Source: Candidatus Kaiserbacteria bacterium (lineage in GTDB: Bacteria; Patescibacteriota; Minisyncoccia; Phycocordibacterales; UBA2100). Taken from it: 64,000 bases of DNA. A program made the position numbers and the translations under genes. Location: the NCBI GenBank assembly GCA_016186765.1, contig JACPLD010000004.1, forward strand, positions 29,287 through 93,286, written 5' to 3'. Shown piece by piece: positions 57,824-64,000 of this stretch (within the stretch, counting starts at the first letter, position 1; each line of letters begins with the position of its first letter). The notes beneath the pieces were generated by a model, which ran no database searches, was not told the origin of the DNA, and worked only from the letters and a program-made list of their open reading frames with translations.

Positions 57824-59230
57824 ATGAAAAAAAGGGCTCATTTCATCGGCATCGCGGGAATGGGAATGAGCGCTGCCGCGATTCTTCTGAAGGAGCAAGG
57901 CTGGGAGATAAGTGGTTCCGATGCCGATGCCTATCCACCAGGAACGACGCAGCTAAAGCGGCATGGCATTCAGTTCAATACGGCATACAGAGCCTCGAAC
58001 ATCCCCAAGCGCGCCGAGCTCATCGTGATCGGCATGAATGCCAAACTTACGCGCGAGCACAACACGGAAGTGAAGGCCGCACACGAGTCAGGCGTCCGGA
58101 TCACCTCCTTTCCTGAAATACTAGGGGGTCTGGTAGAACGCCGGAAGCCGATGGTCATAGCCGGTTCATATGGTAAGTCGACCATCACCTCGCTCATCGC
58201 ATGGTGCCTATCACGCACAGGAATCGACGCAGGATGGTTCATCGGCGCCGCGCCCGAAAATTTAGAACCAGCTCATCTTGGTACACATCCGGTCTTTATG
58301 CTCGAGGGCGACGAGTATCCGACATCGCACGACGATCCCCGCCCGAAGTTCGCGCACTATCATGCCCACGATGCGCTCATTACGGCCACGAGTCACGACC
58401 ACGTAAACGTATACGAGCAGCATGAAGACTTCCTCAAGCCCTTCCGGACACTCGTCCAAGACCTTCCGAAGGAAGGTGTTCTCACCTTTTGTGGTGACGA
58501 ACCATATGCAGCCTCGCTCGTAAAAAGTGCGAAAGCACGCGTCGTCTCCTACGGCATGACCCCCGCTTCTAAGTGGCACCCACGGAACGTATCGCACGGG
58601 GACACGACGACATTCGACCTCATGCGCGGCGGAGAAATGATCACGAGAATCTCCACGACGCTCATAGGAGATCACAACATCCAAAACATCGTCGGTGCAA
58701 GTGCGATGCTGCTTGAAAAGAAGCTCGTCTTCCCAGACCAGCTCGCATCTGCAGTCAAGGATTTTAAGGGGCTCGCACGACGCCTCGATAAGAAGACCAC
58801 GCGCTCGTCTGTACCAGCGTACGAGGGGTTCGGCTCGTCGCGGGAGAAACTGCGTTCCGCGATCAGCGCTCTTTCGGCGCAGTATCCGGACAAACGTCTC
58901 GTCGTCGTCTTCGAGCCGCACACATTCAGCTGGCGCAATAGAGCGATGCTGCATTGGTTCGACACTGCCTTTGAAGGCGCGGGTCTCGTCGTCCTCTACA
59001 AACCCGCCGAGCAAGGTGCTGCGACGCATGAACAAAGTACGCAAGAGGAGATGGTGACGCGTCTTGCCGCGACTGGCATGAGAGTAATCCCGGCATCAGA
59101 TCCAGACGAAGTCATGACTGTGTTGCGCAGCGAGATCCGCGGGAACGATGTGATCCTGCTTTCTTCATCAGGCGCTATGGATGGCCTTATTTACGGAATC
59201 CCCAAATGGCTCGATAATACCTTTGCATGA
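57824..59230 (+). CDS. Mur ligase, MurC/Mpl-like
   Basis: HFIGIAGMGMSAAA, GSD, GSYGKSTIT, EGDEY, RPKF.HY, DH, GDHNIQN, FKGLARR, FEPHT. Confidence 0.85.
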   Translation: MKKRAHFIGIAGMGMSAAAILLKEQGWEISGSDADAYPPGTTQLKRHGIQFNTAYRASNIPKRAELIVIGMNAKLTREHNTEVKAAHESGVRITSFPEILGGLVERRKPMVIAGSYGKSTITSLIAWCLSRTGIDAGWFIGAAPENLEPAHLGTHPVFMLEGDEYPTSHDDPRPKFAHYHAHDALITATSHDHVNVYEQHEDFLKPFRTLVQDLPKEGVLTFCGDEPYAASLVKSAKARVVSYGMTPASKWHPRNVSHGDTTTFDLMRGGEMITRISTTLIGDHNIQNIVGASAMLLEKKLVFPDQLASAVKDFKGLARRLDKKTTRSSVPAYEGFGSSREKLRSAISALSAQYPDKRLVVVFEPHTFSWRNRAMLHWFDTAFEGAGLVVLYKPAEQGAATHEQSTQEEMVTRLAATGMRVIPASDPDEVMTVLRSEIRGNDVILLSSSGAMDGLIYGIPKWLDNTFA

Positions 59231-59982
59231 GATTCTTCTCGAGCGAACTCGCGCACGACTACAGCACCTACACATTTGGCTATTGCAATTACGGACAGCT
59301 CGAAGAGGGCGATGTGCTCTCCGAAATGTACGCGCGCGGCTATCTTCCCTATTCCGGCTCGCCTGACAGCAAGAGGGTTTTCTACATGGCGCGCAGCGGC
59401 CGCATCTATCTGCCCACCTTTGAGCTCAATAGCGAATGTCGCCGGGTTGCAAAAAAATTCGACGGACTCTACTCACGCGAAACAATTCCCTTCGACAAAT
59501 TTAAGATAACTGAGGAGTTTATTGTCTTCTGGCTGGAATATTTCAAGCGAGCGCATGGACCAACCGTCATGCCGCGCAAGCGGCTGGAATTTGTGCTTAA
59601 TTTCGGCATTATCTCGCAGGTCGGTATATACAAGGACGCAACCGGAAGAACTGGAGGATATACGCTGGAGGTTGAAGATAGTACACTTACCCATGACTGG
59701 TATTTGAGTTACGCAGAACATCTCGATAAAAGTTCCTTCGGCATGTGGCTTTTGATTGATATCGCACGTACTGCCAAGAGTCGCGGCGCGAAATATTACT
59801 ACCCTGGCACTGTATATGGTGATCCCAATTACAAGACAAACCTACCCAACCTCGAGCACTGGAACGGCGAGAAATGGGTGAAGGGTGTGAACAACAAGCG
59901 GCTTCGGGAGCGAACCAAATCCGACGCTGCACGTCGAATCTCGCTTGTCGACCAGTGGAAAGAGAACCATCCACTGTTCTAG
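59227..59982 (+). CDS. ATE1/Bpt-like aminoacyl-tRNA-dependent transferase (GNAT-like fold)
   Basis: RSGRI.L..F....CRR N-terminal pattern; SFGMWLL...AKSRGAKYYYPG...YK resembles the ATE_C SLG...AK..G..Y.YLG...YK motif. Confidence 0.6.
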   Translation: MRFFSSELAHDYSTYTFGYCNYGQLEEGDVLSEMYARGYLPYSGSPDSKRVFYMARSGRIYLPTFELNSECRRVAKKFDGLYSRETIPFDKFKITEEFIVFWLEYFKRAHGPTVMPRKRLEFVLNFGIISQVGIYKDATGRTGGYTLEVEDSTLTHDWYLSYAEHLDKSSFGMWLLIDIARTAKSRGAKYYYPGTVYGDPNYKTNLPNLEHWNGEKWVKGVNNKRLRERTKSDAARRISLVDQWKENHPLF

Positions 59983-59994
59983 TGGCCGACTACG

Positions 59995-61077
59995 TTAGTA
60001 TGTCTTGTATTCTGTTTCAAGGAATTTCTTCACACGTCGTAGGCCCTCTTCTATTTCCTCCACATTGAGCGCATAGCTGAAACGCAGTCGCTCAGGGGCA
60101 CCGAACCACTCACCGCTATAGGTAATGATGCGATGGTTGTAGTGAAGGTCATGCATCGCGCGGTGAGCATTCTTGAACTTTGGCATTATGAAGAAAGCAC
60201 CCTCGGGTTCCCAAACGTCGAGACGGAGCGCCTGCATTCCACGATACATAAAATCGCGCCGCTCTTTCCAGATTTTCGCATGCTCGGCCACGTATGAATC
60301 ACGCTCTCCGAGAGCTGCAAGCGCCATCGCCTGACCCACAAGTGATGTATTCATCGAGGTATGCGACTTCATTTCAACTGCCGTATCAATAATTTCTCTG
60401 TTCTTCGTATAGATATATCCGACCCTGAGTCCACACATCGCATATGTCTTGGAGAACGAATTCACGGTCACGACCTTTTCTCCGTGCAAAAGGTAATTCC
60501 CGCGCACGTAAATGAAGTCTTTGTACACTTCGTCCGAAACGATGTATATGCCCTTCTCTTCGCAAAGCTCTTCGATCTTCTTCAGCATCTCTATCTCTTG
60601 TACAGTGCCTGTCGGATTCGAGGGCGAGTTGATAATGACCGCTCTGCATCCCGCTACATCACGCGCAAACGCTTCAAAATCGATCTTGCCTTTTTGCAAA
60701 TCCGTATAGACCGGGACCATCCCGGTCAAAACAACATTGTGCGGATAGGAATAGTAGTAGGGACGAGGAAGGAGAACCTTGGATCCAAGCGCATCTTTTG
60801 CAATCGCACGTAGCGTGAGATCTATAGCCTCCGAAGCGCCGTTCGTAATGACGAAATCTTCCGGCTCAGCATACGGATATTCCTTAGCAAGCGCGGCGCG
60901 CAACGATTCCGTTCCCTGTACCAGGCCGTACTTGAAGGACCTGAAATGCTCCAAGACCTTGTACACAGAGGGAGGCGGCGGGAGATCGGGTTGGCCGGAG
61001 CCGAATGATATGAGGTCGCTGTCATCCGTCCCCTTTCCTATGAAAAACGCGGGGCTTTCGATCCGCTGTTGAGGCAT
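59995..61077 (-). CDS. Class I/II PLP aminotransferase (AspAT-like)
   Basis: GQPD, TNGASEA, NSPSNPTG, SDEVY, NSFSKTYAMCGLRVG, PEGAF, LRFSYA. Confidence 0.92.
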   Translation of the reverse strand: MPQQRIESPAFFIGKGTDDSDLISFGSGQPDLPPPPSVYKVLEHFRSFKYGLVQGTESLRAALAKEYPYAEPEDFVITNGASEAIDLTLRAIAKDALGSKVLLPRPYYYSYPHNVVLTGMVPVYTDLQKGKIDFEAFARDVAGCRAVIINSPSNPTGTVQEIEMLKKIEELCEEKGIYIVSDEVYKDFIYVRGNYLLHGEKVVTVNSFSKTYAMCGLRVGYIYTKNREIIDTAVEMKSHTSMNTSLVGQAMALAALGERDSYVAEHAKIWKERRDFMYRGMQALRLDVWEPEGAFFIMPKFKNAHRAMHDLHYNHRIITYSGEWFGAPERLRFSYALNVEEIEEGLRRVKKFLETEYKTY

Positions 61078-61134
61078 GAGTGCATCCTAGCATATGTACT
61101 TTTTCGCAAAAATATTCCCTAATACGATATCCAC

Positions 61135-61162
61135 TTGATGCAAAAATCGGAGAGCATACAAT
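61135..61162 (+). promoter_or_regulatory. Putative sigma70 promoter of the riboswitch leader
   Basis: TTGATG-16 nt-TACAAT, 8 nt before the first stem of the riboswitch. Confidence 0.55.
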
Positions 61163-61170
61163 GCGCATCC

Positions 61171-61296
61171 ACGGTTAGTTGTGGAAGTAGGGTTGAATCC
61201 CCTCACTGTGCCGCAACGGTAAAGCTCCGCCACGGCGGAGATGAGTCCGGTCTTCAACTAATCGTTAATCCCGAGCAGGAGGCCGTCGCATACGAC
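61171..61296 (+). ncRNA. Cobalamin riboswitch (compact form)
   Basis: Closing stem ACGGTTAGTTG/CAACTAATCGT; GGAA; AGGG-TTGAAT-CCCCT T-loop hairpin; ACTGTGCCGCAACGGTAA; short hairpin CTCCGCC/GGCGGAG; GAGTCCG B12-box-like; lies upstream of DUF4430 genes. Confidence 0.8.
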
Positions 61297-61305
61297 GCGT
61301 AAAGA

Positions 61306-61331
61306 AAAATCTCCGCTCGGGCGGAGATTTT
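61306..61331 (+). terminator. Riboswitch expression-platform hairpin (attenuator)
   Basis: AAAATCTCCGC-TCGG-GCGGAGATTTT ending 4 nt before the ATG. Confidence 0.7.
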
Positions 61332-61335
61332 GCGT

Positions 61336-61704
61336 ATGAAAAAATACATTGCACTAACGATCGCAGTTGTGATCCTCGCAGGAGGAGCATTTGTTAGTCA
61401 GCAGTGGTTCATTCAAACATTCAGCACGGCGGAAAATCAAACGGCAACGGTGACATTTACGGTGGATTCAGAAGGCACCGTTCTCGAGACAATGAACGCT
61501 CGCGCCGTCGAAGGAGAACTTTCGTTCTCTGGTCGCGATTTTCCTGGCTTGGGATTTTTTGTCGAAGAAATCAATGGAAAACGGAATGCGAATGGCTTCT
61601 ACTGGATACTACGCATCAACGGAGAACTTTCCGACAGGGGCGTTTCGCAAGCTGTAGTTTCGTCAGGCGACCTCGTCGAGTGGCGCTATGAAAAAGGATA
61701 TTAA
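61336..61704 (+). CDS. DUF4430 (transcobalamin C-terminal-like beta-grasp) protein with N-terminal membrane anchor
   Basis: TVLETM, GFFVEEING, YWILRING, GVSQ..V..GD.VEWRY. Confidence 0.85.
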   Translation: MKKYIALTIAVVILAGGAFVSQQWFIQTFSTAENQTATVTFTVDSEGTVLETMNARAVEGELSFSGRDFPGLGFFVEEINGKRNANGFYWILRINGELSDRGVSQAVVSSGDLVEWRYEKGY

Positions 61705-61727
61705 CAATTACCAATAATCCGATCCCT

Positions 61728-63353
61728 ATGAACTATCCATTGCGTTTGCTCTCAACTGTCGCCGTACTCTCCTTGTCTCTTGCAATCCCCAGCTTCACGC
61801 TCGCAGAAACAATCGAAGGAAATATCGAACTTCCCGATACGTGCACGGTACTAGACAAAAACGGTACGTCTCACACATTTCCCAAACAGAATTCTCCAAG
61901 CGAATTTCTTGCGGTGTGCGCACTCGCAAAAGCTCTGGAAGTGGGAACCATTACAAGCATGCAGCTCAGTGAATTTCCCGATTTCGGTTTGTTTGTCGAG
62001 GGACTGAGCGGAGTGATTGCCGGTAGTGATGAGTTTTGGGCACTGTGGCTGAACGGCGCATTCGCAGAGTGCGGCATCGAGTGCCTCGTCTTACGGGAAG
62101 GAGACACAGTCTCATTCATCCTCACCTCGTTCGAGGGGGAGGAGCGAGGCGGGAGTGTCATACTGCACATCACCGCGCTCTCGCAAACTCCCGAAACATC
62201 TCCCCCACCACCGAGCGGTGGAACATACCGGCCTCCGCCTGCGCGACCGTTTGAGCTCCCAGACGCGCTGGCATATCTATCGTCGAAGCAGCGCTCCGAC
62301 GGCTCGTTTGGCTCACCCCTTCTCACCGATTGGGCCGCGATCGCTCTTAGTGCCGCGGGTGAGCTTGCCGATGCGAATGTGCGCGAAAAATTGCGAGCCT
62401 ATCTATCGTCGTCCTTGCTTTCAGATCCTTCCGCGACAGATTTAGAGCGACGCACCATGGCGCTCGAAGCTCTCGGCATCGATCCGTACGCTCCCTCGAC
62501 GTCGCTTGGGACAAGCAACTATGTGGACCTTCTCATCGGCCGATTCGATGGAACACAGATGGGTGAAGTAGCGCTCGTAAATGACGACATCTTCGCTATC
62601 TTTCCGCTCGCCCACGCCGGCTACGGAGGAGACGATGCAATGATGCGCGCGATTCTCGACACCATCGTGAAAGCGCAGCAGGCAGACGGTTCGTGGGTAT
62701 CGAGCATCGATCTCACGGCGGCGGCCATCCAAGCGCTCGTACCCTTTCACGGCCATCCCGGCGTATCGAGCGCACTTTCGAAAGCAGAAGGCTATCTGCG
62801 CGGGCGACAGGTCGCTAGCGGCGGGTTCGGACAGAATAGCTTTTCGACGAGCTGGGTTTTGCAGGCAATCGCCGCGCTCAATCAAAAGCCGAGCGATTGG
62901 AATCTCTTCGAGATCACGCCGCTCGGGCACCTTGGCAACATGCAGCAGGGCGATGGAGGCCTGGAGTCGGTGAGTGCTCCAGACGATACACGCATCTGGG
63001 CAACAACGTATGCGATACCTGCAGCGCTAGCACGGCCATGGCACATGATACTGAAGGATTTCTCGCGCCCTACAGCAGCAGCGACGTCCACAACTAGTGC
63101 CGAAGTGATACGACCTCCGATACTCGGAATAGTTTCCGCCCCCATACAAACATCTCGTCCCACACCAGCCGCCCTACCATCTCAAACGACCTCTTCAGAG
63201 ATTGAACGCGTGGCGACAACGACAGAAAGCACGACTACCGCCCAGATCGCGGCAGTTTCGCAGAGTACGAACGAATCGAACAGTACATGGCTCTGGCTCT
63301 CTGGATTGCTGCTTATTATCGGCGGGACCTTTTATTTCCTACGGCGCACTTGA
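61728..63353 (+). CDS. Surface protein: signal peptide, DUF4430-like domain, prenyltransferase/squalene-oxidase-repeat alpha/alpha barrel, Ser/Thr stalk, C-terminal TM anchor
   Basis: GLFVEGLSG...FWALWLNG...G...L.EGDTVSF; QxxDGSF/W repeats (KQRSDGSFG, AQQADGSW, RQVASGGFG, MQQGDGGL); WLWLSGLLLIIGGTFYFLRR. Confidence 0.8.
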   Translation: MNYPLRLLSTVAVLSLSLAIPSFTLAETIEGNIELPDTCTVLDKNGTSHTFPKQNSPSEFLAVCALAKALEVGTITSMQLSEFPDFGLFVEGLSGVIAGSDEFWALWLNGAFAECGIECLVLREGDTVSFILTSFEGEERGGSVILHITALSQTPETSPPPPSGGTYRPPPARPFELPDALAYLSSKQRSDGSFGSPLLTDWAAIALSAAGELADANVREKLRAYLSSSLLSDPSATDLERRTMALEALGIDPYAPSTSLGTSNYVDLLIGRFDGTQMGEVALVNDDIFAIFPLAHAGYGGDDAMMRAILDTIVKAQQADGSWVSSIDLTAAAIQALVPFHGHPGVSSALSKAEGYLRGRQVASGGFGQNSFSTSWVLQAIAALNQKPSDWNLFEITPLGHLGNMQQGDGGLESVSAPDDTRIWATTYAIPAALARPWHMILKDFSRPTAAATSTTSAEVIRPPILGIVSAPIQTSRPTPAALPSQTTSSEIERVATTTESTTTAQIAAVSQSTNESNSTWLWLSGLLLIIGGTFYFLRRT

Positions 63354-63361
63354 AAAATCGG

Positions 63362-63445
63362 TGGGTGCGAGAGGACTCGAACCTCCAATCCCTTTCGAGA
63401 ACTAGCTCCTGAAGCTAGCGTGTCTACCAATTCCACCACGCACCC
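63362..63445 (-). tRNA. tRNA-Leu(CAG)
   Basis: GGGTGCG acceptor stem, TGGTGGAATTGGTAGACAC D-arm, CTAGC-TTCAGGA-GCTAG anticodon arm, long variable arm, GGTTCGAGTCC; CCA not fully encoded (ACCG). Confidence 0.95.
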
Positions 63446-63505
63446 GTCGCGCAAACTATAGCAGAAACTCACTGCTTAGGCAGGGACGTGCACCTACCAT
63501 TCATC

Positions 63506-64000
63506 TCATCCGCGACGCGCAAACTCGGGCATCTTTGCATTAACACTACGCAGCGCCGCAACGAGTCGGCGTTGGGCCTTCTCACTGGAACAAGGATCAC
63601 GATGCCTTGACCCTGTAAGAGTTTTAATCTTAATCGGCTCTTGATTTTCATCTCTCAGAAACGACAAGTCGTGAGGAACGATGCCGTCTTTCTCCCCTCC
63701 GAGAACGACTGTCGGATACTCCCCTGCGTGGTGTGGCTTGTACGCGATAGTATCTTGTACTCTTTTCATGTTCGCCCACCGCACGAAGAACCCCGCCTCA
63801 GGATCAAGCGGACAGTTATGTACAACGAGACCGAGGTGACCAGGGTGCTTCTCAGCGAGCGCATCAGTGACCGTTTTCGCGATTAACCCGCCTATTGAGT
63901 ACCCTAGAAGCCGGACAGAGGCACCCCGGGCAAGATGCTCTTCAGTGAGTTTCAGAAGATGCGATTGAAGCGCGTGAATGCGGCTCAAGTCACGAGCACT
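63506..64000 (-). CDS. Alpha/beta hydrolase, 5' end beyond the window
   Basis: GYSIGG nucleophile elbow, GEKDGIVP, GSRH; frame open to the window edge. Confidence 0.7.
   Translation of the reverse strand, partial: SARDLSRIHALQSHLLKLTEEHLARGASVRLLGYSIGGLIAKTVTDALAEKHPGHLGLVVHNCPLDPEAGFFVRWANMKRVQDTIAYKPHHAGEYPTVVLGGEKDGIVPHDLSFLRDENQEPIKIKTLTGSRHRDPCSSEKAQRRLVAALRSVNAKMPEFARRG

Noticed and set aside
61728-63353. Squalene-hopene cyclase
   Set aside because: Exported, single barrel, no DxDD motif in cyclase context, fused to a DUF4430-like domain under a B12 riboswitch
63354-64000. Island integrated at tRNA-Leu
   Set aside because: No integrase or duplicated tRNA 3' end noticed in the window
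1-64000. CRISPR array, rRNA or alternative genetic code
   Set aside because: No regularly spaced repeats or rRNA-like tracts seen; TGA ends many intact genes, consistent with code 11

Overview
Bacterial genome segment, standard code (TGA used as stop). Gene content (lone VirB4/VirD4-like ATPase next to ComEA, pervasive leaderless-type starts, no lipid A genes in the window) suggests Patescibacteria/CPR, probably Parcubacteria; this is inference. About 1-48.5 kb and 54-57.8 kb form a very large surface-glycan region. It holds two nonulosonic-acid synthases (a pseB/pseC/pseI cluster with formyltransferase, aldo-keto reductase and class III aminotransferase, and a NeuB-SAF-TIM-barrel fusion), two KpsS-like transferases, a complete split ADP-heptose pathway with a GT9, a Zn-ADH/TPP-E1 operon, rmlAB, a WbpB/E/D-like set, many GT4/GT2/GT-C enzymes and methyltransferases. 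The right end carries a ComEA/ATPase pair, rsmI, an Mpl-like Mur ligase coupled to an ATE1/Bpt-like tRNA-dependent transferase, a cobalamin riboswitch ahead of two DUF4430 (transcobalamin-like) surface proteins, and tRNA-Leu(CAG). Non-coding signals include a 189-bp MITE whose ends supply the stop codons of two convergent genes, a ~38-bp palindrome in three copies that overlaps promoters, and nested REP-like palindromes read in frame. The best candidates for undescribed systems are the riboswitch-controlled transcobalamin-like B12 capture module and the Mur ligase plus aminoacyl-tRNA transferase pair. All calls come from motif recognition by eye; no searches were run.
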